Under the pieces are notes generated by a model. It was given only the letters and a program-made list of their open reading frames with translations. It had not been told where the DNA came from and searched no databases. The position numbers and the translations under genes are program-made. DNA of 32,000 nt from Nitrosospira multiformis ATCC 25196 (GTDB taxonomy: Bacteria; Pseudomonadota; Gammaproteobacteria; Burkholderiales; Nitrosomonadaceae): contig NC_007614.1 in assembly GCF_000196355.1 (NCBI RefSeq), forward strand, positions 1,080,001 through 1,112,000. Direction: 5' to 3'. Below are positions 1 through 7,827 of this stretch, piece after piece (the first letter of the stretch is position 1; the number at the start of each line of letters is the position of its first letter).

Positions 1-362
1 GCTGATTTAAGGGGAAGCTGCGAGATAATGACGAATTGATGCGTCTCGATTTGGTATTGGTTGAGCTGGAAGAAAACAGAGGGTAGCTCTAATTCCCTAG
101 TGGGAATCTTTCTTCTTTTTGATGGAGATATATAAACAGTATCGTCTACACTTTGAACCCTAAGGCAATCCAGCGAATATGAACTATGGCATGAACGAGG
201 CAAGTTCTTGGCGTAGCGCTTGCAAGCTTCAGGAAACTCTGAAAGCAGTTATTATCACTCAGTAGGCCGGAGATCAATAATTTGTCGAATAAAGGGGAGA
301 TAGTTGAATTGAATCACTACTTGTAGGCGAGGCCGCATTTTAATTTTAGAAATTTAATAAAA

Positions 363-1619
363 CTAAATAGCCGTGACAGTGGCCCTCATGCTTTCGTCCT
401 TCTTACAGTCCTGGAGCAGAAATACCCCTAGCAGGCGCCTTTTATCTTCAGGGGAAAAGGCCCGGATTTTTTGCTTATATCTCCGATTGAAATTCAAAAT
501 TTTTTCGCTGATATACCTATCTAGGTTAATCATCAAGTGATCATCTGTACAAAAGGAATACGTGTTACCCCATCCTCTAATAGTGCTACTAACCTCATTT
601 AGCGCATCCTTGTAAGTAGTTTTTTCGTTTATGCATCGGAGCGGACTACTGGATTTTTTAATAACCTTGTCAAATATTTCATTCACACGATCTCTAAGTC
701 TTTTTATGCTCTTATCAGAAGGACGAATGCGGTCAGGTCTTACACTACATCCTAGAAATTCAAATCCTTTATTGGATACCCCATGCTCAGCCTTATCGGG
801 AGAGTGACGAGGGTCATATACACTTAAGTTTAGTTTTTCCAAGAAAGCTGATGCGCTAGCAAAGGCTTTAAATGCTTTTGATTCACTTGGTGCAAACAAA
901 ATGAAGTCGTCGATATATCGGATACAGACGATGCCTCGGGCATTCATTTTTTTATCAAAATCATCTAAAAGCAAATTGCAAAGTACGGGAGAAAGGCAGG
1001 AACCTTGAGCAACACCTTTTCCTTCCAATGGAAAAAGTTCCTTGTCACGGCCTAAGGTTATAAGATTACTCAACTCTGTTGTTGTTGCTTGAGTTAACAA
1101 CGTATTGAAATCATCATCCTTAGATGCAGAAGTAATAATTTCTAATGCTTGTGAACGAGGAATATTATCGAAGAAGGCACAAATGTCAGTTCGAATAAAA
1201 TAGGGCTTTTCCAGGGCTGTTTTATAAGCTTTGAGAATCGCTTGAGGTACACCGATTTCTGCAATTCCGCCAAAATTAAAACCAGAGTCTAATTTAGCTC
1301 GGACACTTGGAATTTCTTGTACAACATCTAGCAACGCTCGCTGAACAATGCGATTAGGAATGGGGGATATTACTATCGGTCGCTTTTTGCTAGGGTTATT
1401 CTTCTTCTTAACCGCGACCCCATAGCTTTGAGAAAACACGTACCGTTTTTCTCTCAACTGATCGGCAATCCGCCGAAGGTTTTTTTCTAATGAAAGGGAG
1501 AACTGCTCGATTTCAGTTCTAATTGTAGGCGATTTAGATGAAATACCGTTTTCGTATATGGACTGCCAAGCACTTCTTAGACGATTGTTACTGTACAGCT
1601 TGCGATAAAGCTCTGCCAT
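363..1619 (-). CDS. Solo reverse transcriptase, group II-like / unknown-group (possibly defense-associated) RT, 418 aa
   Basis: Long ORF with RT motifs in order: RPIVISPIPNRIVQRALL, FIRTDICAFFDNI (first catalytic Asp), GVAQGSCLSPVLCNLLL (QGxxxSP), CIRYIDDFILFA (YxDD box), KGFEFLGCSV, and a C-terminal IRGWGNTYSFC similar to the thumb/X region of group II-type RTs. No HNH endonuclease or fused effector domain visible. Confidence 0.93.
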   Translation of the reverse strand: MAELYRKLYSNNRLRSAWQSIYENGISSKSPTIRTEIEQFSLSLEKNLRRIADQLREKRYVFSQSYGVAVKKKNNPSKKRPIVISPIPNRIVQRALLDVVQEIPSVRAKLDSGFNFGGIAEIGVPQAILKAYKTALEKPYFIRTDICAFFDNIPRSQALEIITSASKDDDFNTLLTQATTTELSNLITLGRDKELFPLEGKGVAQGSCLSPVLCNLLLDDFDKKMNARGIVCIRYIDDFILFAPSESKAFKAFASASAFLEKLNLSVYDPRHSPDKAEHGVSNKGFEFLGCSVRPDRIRPSDKSIKRLRDRVNEIFDKVIKKSSSPLRCINEKTTYKDALNEVSSTIRGWGNTYSFCTDDHLMINLDRYISEKILNFNRRYKQKIRAFSPEDKRRLLGVFLLQDCKKDESMRATVTAI

Positions 1620-1674
1620 GATTTATTTTTGTTGGGGCTCCCATCGGCAAGCAACCCACCCGCTCAAGACACTT

Positions 1675-1787
1675 CATCTCTCAGGCGAAACCATAAATGG
1701 CCCAGCCTGGCCTAGGCACGTATTGCGTGCTTCGGCGTCCTCGTAACATTGTGCGGCTCCACCAGCTGGTGGCCCGCTAAGCACTAA
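1675..1787. repeat. 113-bp direct repeat, copy A, ending 55 bp upstream of the RT start codon
   Basis: catctctcaggcgaaaccataaatggcccagcctgg...ggtggcccgctaagcactaa is base-for-base identical to 2018-2130. Extended to 1672-1790 vs 2015-2133 it matches at 117 of 119 positions. Confidence 0.97.
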
Positions 1788-2017
1788 AACCGAGACGATG
1801 ACAGCTAAGCTGTACAACCACTTCCGTAAAGCACGGCTGGCACGTTTTTGCTTGCGGTCTTTATCCTCATTGCCGTCTCCAATTCTATCGTTTTTGACTG
1901 CGTTGGCAACCGCAAGTTAGCGTCGCCCTCCCCCAGAAAATAAGTCCTTCAACCGTCCGATGAGAGCCTCTATAAGGCTTTGCTCCGGTTAACTTTACAT
2001 CATCTGAGCTTGGGCTG

Positions 2018-2130
2018 CATCTCTCAGGCGAAACCATAAATGGCCCAGCCTGGCCTAGGCACGTATTGCGTGCTTCGGCGTCCTCGTAACATTGTGCGGC
2101 TCCACCAGCTGGTGGCCCGCTAAGCACTAA
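2018..2130. repeat. 113-bp direct repeat, copy B
   Basis: Identical to 1675-1787, same orientation, offset 343 bp. Confidence 0.97.
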
Positions 2131-2393
2131 GACAAGGGATTTTCCAATTATAAGGTACAGTTAGTGTCTGTGCTTGAAATTAATGCACATCTTATTACTT
2201 TTGTTTACCCAGGCTAGTCGAACTAACGCTGCATATAGTTATGACAGTACTCCAAGTAGCCATAATCTACTTGATGTAATGAGATTATTAGTGAGCCTTC
2301 AATTTATTGTTATACGAGAGTGGGGGTGAAAATGTAGGTAGCCGAAAGAATCCAAAAAGAATTCTTTAAAAAATATCAACTTACATTATTTTT

Positions 2394-2485
2394 TGGCGGA
2401 GAGAGAGGGATTCGAACCCTCGGTACGGTTTGACCCGTACGCACGCTTTCCAGGCGTGTACCTTAAACCACTCGGCCATCTCTCC
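2394..2485 (-). tRNA. tRNA-Ser (anticodon GGA)
   Basis: Reverse complement reads ggagagatggccgagtggtttaaggtacacgcctGGAaagcgtgcgtacgggtcaaaccgtaccgagggttcgaatccctctctctccGCCA. Acceptor stem ggagaga/tctctcc, long variable arm, T arm ggttcgaatcc, encoded CCA. Confidence 0.96.
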
Positions 2486-2640
2486 TGTTGAGGGTTCCAG
2501 GAAAGGAACCCGGCAAAGGGCGCAAAGGATACACCAGAACGCTATCCCCGGCAACTTTACGGTAGTATAGCCGAAAGCGGCTCATCCGTATCGACGGCCC
2601 TTGAATCCTTTGACTCAAAAAACCAGAAACAGGAAGTAGC

Positions 2641-3168
2641 ATGCAGATCAAATCCCGCATCCGCACCATCGCGCATTATCCCCATGAAGGCATCATGTTT
2701 CGTGATATCACCACTTTGCTGAAAGACCCGGTGGGGTTGCGCGCGACTATTCAGGAAATCGCCAGCCGCTACAAGAGCATGAAAATCGATAAAGTGGCTG
2801 GAATCGAGTCACGCGGCTTCATCATTGGCGCGCCGGTTGCCTACGAGCTTGGTGTGGGATTTGTGCCGGTGCGCAAGAAGGGCAAGCTGCCTGCCGAAAC
2901 GCGGGGGCGCGATTATCAGCTGGAATATGGCAGCGACCGCATCGAGATTCACGTGGATGCGATTCAGAAGGGCGACCGGGTGCTGCTGGTGGATGATCTG
3001 ATCGCTACCGGCGGGACGGCGGAGGCTGCCGCTGGCTTGATTCATGAGATGGGCGGCGAGGTGGTGGAGTGCAGCTTTGTCATTGATCTGCCGGATATCG
3101 GGGGCAGGGCGCGGCTGGAAGATCAGGGCCTCAAGGTGTTTGCACTGTGCGAGTTTGAGGGGAACTAA
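2641..3168 (+). CDS. apt: Adenine phosphoribosyltransferase
   Basis: Typical Apt sequence including FRDITTLLKDP, ESRGFI and the PRPP-binding VLLVDDLIATGGTA motif. Confidence 0.96.
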   Translation: MQIKSRIRTIAHYPHEGIMFRDITTLLKDPVGLRATIQEIASRYKSMKIDKVAGIESRGFIIGAPVAYELGVGFVPVRKKGKLPAETRGRDYQLEYGSDRIEIHVDAIQKGDRVLLVDDLIATGGTAEAAAGLIHEMGGEVVECSFVIDLPDIGGRARLEDQGLKVFALCEFEGN

Positions 3169-3237
3169 ACTCTGCCGGGATGGAGTCTATAATGATTTAT
3201 ATAAACGCATTATCTATGGTTAAGAAGGATACTCATA

Positions 3238-3846
3238 GTGTGTGTTGTCCTGTTATTGATCTTCATGCTGGCTCCGGTCGCATCCTTCGCCGCTCAGGCT
3301 CAGGATTATGCCGCGTGGTCAAAAAAGAACCTTGATGGCTCGTGGACGCGGATTACGGAAACTGCTGTTGACACCTCGTCTCTTCCCTCTGCGGTCCCCA
3401 AGGATATCGGCAAATTTTGCCCGACCTATAAGCATTTGCCACGCAAAAAAAGGATTCAGTTCTGGGTGGGCCTGCTTTCGTCCATGGCGGAATTCGAAAG
3501 CACCTTTGATCCTGGAGCGGCTGCGAGGGGGCCATCCAAAGACGTATTCAGAAGGCGGGATACAAATCGAGGGCTGCTGCAGATATCAAAAGAAAGCGCA
3601 AACCAGCCGGGCTATAGCTGTGGCATCAAGAAAGCAAAACGCCTGCACGATCCCGCCATTCATCTTCCATGCGCGGTAAAGATATTGTCTACATGGGTCA
3701 GTGCTGACCATGTAATAGCCTCTTATAAGGGGAATAAAAAAACCAGGGGCGGAGGGCGCTATTGGGCTGTGCTCCAGGAAAAAAATGGCCGTCTGCCTGC
3801 AATATCGAGTTTCACCAGAAACCTGCCCTTCTGTCGGAAGGGCTGA
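3238..3846 (+). CDS. Secreted lysozyme/transglycosylase-like protein
   Basis: N-terminal hydrophobic signal (LLIFMLAPVASFAAQA), then MAEFESTFDPGA with candidate catalytic Glu, NRGLLQIS and ADHVIASYKG, resembling SLT/lysozyme-like domains. Confidence 0.6.
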   Translation: MCVVLLLIFMLAPVASFAAQAQDYAAWSKKNLDGSWTRITETAVDTSSLPSAVPKDIGKFCPTYKHLPRKKRIQFWVGLLSSMAEFESTFDPGAAARGPSKDVFRRRDTNRGLLQISKESANQPGYSCGIKKAKRLHDPAIHLPCAVKILSTWVSADHVIASYKGNKKTRGGGRYWAVLQEKNGRLPAISSFTRNLPFCRKG

Positions 3847-3926
3847 ATGAATTCCTTGCCCCGCCCGGCGGCGTTGGTTTCATGCTTTGGGGATGGGCGG
3901 CATCACCGCTGCCAGCCGTTCACGTT

Positions 3927-5621
3927 TCAGAACCTGAAGTTGTACTGGACGTAGAACAAGTCAGGCGAGACGCGTGGCGCCTGCGCTTTCAGGAAATTGC
4001 CGGCAAACAGTTTCGAATATCCTATCAGTACGTCTTCATGCCGGTCGACGTGTATGTTGAAGCGGAAATCGATCTCGTCTCCTACATAGCTGCCGGATTG
4101 GCCGGTTGCGTCTCTAAGGGTAGCGGCGCCGGCGGCGTTGTACAGGAAATCGCGCTTGTTCGCCAGATAGAAGCGGTGGTACTGGGCGGTGAAATTGGCC
4201 CAGGGCAGGGGGTGCAGATTGAGCTGGGCGTTGAAGTCGTGGATGTTCTGCCTGCCGACGCGATCGATCCATCCGAGGTAATAGTTGCCGAAGGGAAAAA
4301 GCTGGTTGAAGGTGGTGCGGCTGCCATCGGTCAGATTATTGTCGCCGGAGGCAAAGTCGTAGCGCAGCCAGAATTGCGGATTCAGCGGCTTTCCCTTGAA
4401 GTGGTAGCCAGCGCCGGAGGCGACGGCAAAGGCCGAGATATCCTGGTTGGAATACTGCCCGAACTGGTACATGCCCTCCAGTTCGTACAGGAACTGGTTG
4501 TAATCTCCGGCCAGGCGGCTGCCGAGGGTATGCGTGATCGAATCGCCCCTGACCCCGGCCCTGCCGACGGCAAGATTGCGGTTGTCATCCAGGCTCAGAA
4601 AATAGAAATCGGCCAAGTGCCCTTTCATGGGCTTGTATGTTCCCCATAAACCGAAGAATTCGCGCTTCTCATCCCAGTTATCGAAATTGTTTCTTTCCGT
4701 CACCATGGGCCGTACCCAGAATGCATCCAGGTCGAACGTAGGCGTGCGCCAGAACCCCTTTATCCCCTGGAAAGTGCGGCGGGTGTTGACCCAATCGAGC
4801 GTGGAAATCAGCCGCTGCGAGCCGTAAAGCAATTCCTGCCGCCCCACGCGCAGATAAGCTGGACCGTCCTTGATGTTGGCAATCTTGATGTCCGCAAAAA
4901 CATTCAGCATATCCGTGTGGTTGACATCCGTGGCTAACGGCGCCAATGCCTGGCCGAAAGTGCGGGCATCCAGAAACTCCGCAAATAGTCGGATCCGATC
5001 CTGATACCAGAGATCGGCATGAAAGCGGCTGCGGATCATGTGGTAGTTGTCGCTGGTATTGGTCAGCCGGGCATCGGATTCCCGCATATACCGGTACCAG
5101 AAGCTGCCGCCAAATGACAGAAGGAAGTCATCGCCAAGATGGATGCGCTTGATGGGATCGAAAATATCCTTCTCATGGTCGGGTTTTTCGAGATAGCGGA
5201 AATCGATATCGAAAGCCGGTGTGGTCATGAGGGCATAGGGCGCATAGGGAGAAACGGGCGGGTTCTCACGCTTGTTGCCGGTTATATGATCCCAAAGCGA
5301 GTAGTATCCTGGTCCCGAGGGGGCGATGCTAAACATGCCGGGGCGGGAAGGGGCGGTCACCGGCGGCACTTTCGACCAGTCGAACCGGCTGCTGCTCCCG
5401 TCACTGCCCGTTGCAGGCGCGGGCGCTTGCGATGATGTCGGGGCTACGGTGGTGCTGCCGGCGGGAGCAGGGTCTGCCGCAGAAGCCTGGAGCATGAGGC
5501 CGAGCATGCCTGCCAAGCCGGATTTCACCAGCCGCTTCAATGCGCGCTGTGAAGAGGTTGAAAAGCAGGGGGCGTTTTTGGCAGGCGTGAATGAAGCAGG
5601 CAGGCAATCAGGCAGATGCAT
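3927..5621 (-). CDS. Outer-membrane porin, alginate-export-domain-like
   Basis: 564-aa ORF with signal-like N-terminus, LGDDFLLSFGGSFWYRYM, RIRLFAEFLDARTFG, DGPAYLRVGRQELLYGSQRLIS, DWVNTRRTFQGIK, alternating beta pattern and terminal aromatic residue (YVQYNFRF). The true start may be internal. Confidence 0.8.
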   Translation of the reverse strand: MHLPDCLPASFTPAKNAPCFSTSSQRALKRLVKSGLAGMLGLMLQASAADPAPAGSTTVAPTSSQAPAPATGSDGSSSRFDWSKVPPVTAPSRPGMFSIAPSGPGYYSLWDHITGNKRENPPVSPYAPYALMTTPAFDIDFRYLEKPDHEKDIFDPIKRIHLGDDFLLSFGGSFWYRYMRESDARLTNTSDNYHMIRSRFHADLWYQDRIRLFAEFLDARTFGQALAPLATDVNHTDMLNVFADIKIANIKDGPAYLRVGRQELLYGSQRLISTLDWVNTRRTFQGIKGFWRTPTFDLDAFWVRPMVTERNNFDNWDEKREFFGLWGTYKPMKGHLADFYFLSLDDNRNLAVGRAGVRGDSITHTLGSRLAGDYNQFLYELEGMYQFGQYSNQDISAFAVASGAGYHFKGKPLNPQFWLRYDFASGDNNLTDGSRTTFNQLFPFGNYYLGWIDRVGRQNIHDFNAQLNLHPLPWANFTAQYHRFYLANKRDFLYNAAGAATLRDATGQSGSYVGDEIDFRFNIHVDRHEDVLIGYSKLFAGNFLKAQAPRVSPDLFYVQYNFRF

Positions 5622-5842
5622 AGCGGGATTTCATGGGCTTCGGAAAAATGCTCGCAACTATAGCAAAATCAGCGTGGATTTTGAACTGATGGGCAACGCA
5701 TGCTTTGGTCTGTGTGCTATCCGAGTTGCATGCGAGGGCATGACATGAGGACATGCCTTGGCTTATTGCTTGCCGGAATCAAGGGTGCCTGGATTTCAGA
5801 TGTTCGGATGAACACTCCAAAAGGTCCAAAAAGGGGGTGTCT

Positions 5843-6256
5843 CTACCTGTAAAACTTCCCCTCGCGCTCCGGCTGGTAGATGATCTCCTCTATCCGTACC
5901 TTGATGGTGCCGCCCCCCGGACGCGGCCACTCTATCTCGTCGCCTGTGGAAAGCCCGAGCAGGGCGCTGCCAACCGGCGCAAGCACGGAAATTTTATTAC
6001 CGGACCCGTCAACATCTTTTGGATAGACCAGCGTCAGGCGGAAGTCCTGGCCTGAGGAATCGATGCTGAACCGTACTGTGGAGTTCATGGTTACCACCGT
6101 GGGCGGTATTTGCTCGGGCTCGACGATTTCGGCGCGTTCGAGCTCGGCTTGGAGTTCCGCACTGCCAGGAACCGCGTTGGCTGGAAGCGACTCGAGCAAG
6201 GTCTCAAGCCTGTCCAGGTCCTGGGATGTCAATATGATGTGCGGTCTGCTGTTCAT
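5843..6256 (-). CDS. rnk: Rnk/GreA-GreB-family regulator of nucleoside diphosphate kinase
   Basis: 137 aa; ILTSQDLDRLETLLESLP, then the GreA/B C-terminal fold (ISVLAPVGSALLGLSTGDEIEWPRPGG). Confidence 0.85.
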   Translation of the reverse strand: MNSRPHIILTSQDLDRLETLLESLPANAVPGSAELQAELERAEIVEPEQIPPTVVTMNSTVRFSIDSSGQDFRLTLVYPKDVDGSGNKISVLAPVGSALLGLSTGDEIEWPRPGGGTIKVRIEEIIYQPEREGKFYR

Positions 6257-6588
6257 TTCAACCTCGTTTCAAGTTCAGTCATCGCCCCGTCATTCCTCTT
6301 ACTACAGTGCCAAGTGCTTACTATTGCTGTCTTCCTGTCTTCCTGACTTCCAGTGCCGGTTCCTCGCCGGAAGTTTTGATCGGGCCGATCGGATAGGATG
6401 CCACTGATTCTATCATCAAATGTCATGATATTACCGGAGCGACGGGAGTTCATATGCTGCTTTTATGGGCACTCCCGCTTATCAGGATTAATGACAGTGC
6501 CGCTCACCTTTGACCCCTCATCGTATTGAGCGTAGAGTCGAATAAGGAGCATACGACGAGCACATAATTTCTTGTTTCTTGAGGAGCG

Positions 6589-7275
6589 GTGGCCATGCAA
6601 TCTCCAACTATTGTAAATCCCTCTCAATTGGACCCGGTAAATCCGGCAATCGAAAAGTATATGCGCAGCCTCGTGGGTCGGACTGATCATCCTGTGCTGA
6701 CTGAAATGGAAGCGGTGGCTGCTAAAAACAATTTTCCCATCGTTGGCCGCCTGGTCGGTGTTTTTCTGGAGACGCTGGCGAAAACGATCGATGCCAAACG
6801 TATTTTCGAGTTTGGCAGCGGCTACGGCTACTCGGCTTACTGGTTCGCAAAAGCAGCCGGGGCGGATGGAAAGGTGATCTGTACCGATGGCGATCCTCAG
6901 AACAAGGAAAAGGCCGAACAGTATCTCAAGTCTGCAGATCTGCTGGAGAGGATCGATTTTCGTACTGGCATCGCGCAGGAGATATTCGGGCAGACCGAAG
7001 GATTATTCGACATCTGCTACAACGATGCGGACAAGGGGGATTATCCGGAAATCTGGCGTATGGCAAAGGACAGGATTCGTCCGCATGGGCTATATATTGC
7101 CGATAACGTGCTTTGGCATGGAAGGGTGGCGGTGGAACGTTATGTTGATATTGTTCCCGGATGGACCGAGGCCATTCTCGAGCACAACCGGTTGATTTTT
7201 GGCGATCCCGAATTTGACGCTTTCATAAATCCAACGCGGGATGGCGTCGTCGTGGCGCGAAGAAAGTCACAATGA
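6589..7275 (+). CDS. SAM-dependent O-methyltransferase (class I, family 3-like)
   Basis: 228 aa; FEFGSGYGYSAYWFAKAAG SAM-binding motif, FDICYNDADKGDYPEIW, GLYIADNVLWHGRV. Confidence 0.85.
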   Translation: MAMQSPTIVNPSQLDPVNPAIEKYMRSLVGRTDHPVLTEMEAVAAKNNFPIVGRLVGVFLETLAKTIDAKRIFEFGSGYGYSAYWFAKAAGADGKVICTDGDPQNKEKAEQYLKSADLLERIDFRTGIAQEIFGQTEGLFDICYNDADKGDYPEIWRMAKDRIRPHGLYIADNVLWHGRVAVERYVDIVPGWTEAILEHNRLIFGDPEFDAFINPTRDGVVVARRKSQ

Positions 7276-7459
7276 CACGCTATTTTTAATCAGTCTCCAA
7301 TGCCTAAGCCGCGAATCCTTGGAGAGAGCAGGGCTGCTGAAAAATATCCAAATAAAATATCGAAGGCTCAAATCCGGGGGGGCAAATCGAGAGAAAATTT
7401 TTATAATTTCTTGTTGTATTTCGGAATGAGATGTGTAAAACTGGTTTCCAGTAAAGTTG

Positions 7460-7563
7460 TAGCGCGAAACTAGGGTTCCGGCTTCTTTTTCGAAGTGTCT
7501 GGTCCGAGAGTTTCCGGCTTCGTCATGACGAGGCTCCACGGAGGGATAAAAGCCCGGGAGATC
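7460..7563 (+). promoter_or_regulatory. Guanidine-I riboswitch (ykkC class)
   Basis: Conserved elements in order: CTAGGGTTCCGGC (7470-7482), TCTGGTCCGAGAGTTTCCGGC (7499-7518), CCACGGAGGGATAAAAGCCCGGGAGA (7536-7561). Positioned upstream of carboxylase and DUF1989 genes. Confidence 0.93.
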
Positions 7564-7827
7564 ATGTAGTTATTACATTGATTCCTGGAATTTTAACTGC
7601 CGAAAAAGGAGACCCGTCGTGTACTCTCCCTCCGTATTTTTCCCTGTTTCTGCAATTGTCGCGCATGGCCTGAATGCTTTCGGCATTCCCGTGTCTGCGT
7701 CCATACTCCTCGATCTTCATGTTTTTCCGGCCGGTACTTCCGGGCATCCCGCCTTTAGCGCTTCGGGGAGGAGGCCGGCGCGTCACTGGCAGAACAAAAT
7801 CTTCCCGCTTGTTTAGAAAGGGTTATC

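Larger units (their letters stand above)
1672..2140 (-). ncRNA. Candidate structured non-coding leader RNA of the RT gene, containing both repeats (hypothesis)
   Basis: No convincing CDS. Each repeat contains gcacg-tattg-cgtgc and a GC-rich hairpin gcggctccaccagctggtggcccgc. The spacer contains agcct-ctata-aggct (1965-1979) and acagct-a-agctgt (1801-1813). A minus-strand TATAAT (2147-2152) lies just upstream of copy B, without a good -35. Confidence 0.35.

Noticed and set aside
1885-2127. 80-aa minus-strand ORF as a genuine gene
   Set aside because: Mostly composed of the repeat unit plus low-complexity continuation with no recognisable domain; treated as an incidental ORF in a candidate ncRNA, with the micro-ORF idea kept as a low-interest finding.
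1675-2130. Integron attC array (two ~113-bp similar sites)
   Set aside because: The expected RYYYAAC and GTTRRRY core sites are not at the repeat edges, the spacer has no cassette ORF and no integron integrase is visible.
1672-2133. Diversity-generating retroelement template/variable repeat pair beside an RT
   Set aside because: Copies are nearly identical without an adenine-specific mismatch pattern, neither lies at the 3' end of a plausible target gene, and the RT has QGxxxSP rather than the SQ-type motif typical of DGR RTs.
363-2140. Intact mobile group II intron
   Set aside because: No recognisable domain V, no intron 5' GUGYG/3' AY boundaries paired around the ORF and no endonuclease domain. 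The C-terminal GWGN motif shows only a distant relationship. A degenerate intron cannot be fully excluded by eye.
3762-4649. 295-aa plus-strand ORF opposite the porin gene
   Set aside because: Antisense of a clear outer-membrane protein gene; GC-rich shadow ORF with val/glu-rich composition.
6253-6453. 66-aa minus-strand ORF upstream of the Rnk-like gene
   Set aside because: No recognisable domain or strong ribosome site; overlaps the start of the Rnk-like CDS and is likely leader sequence.
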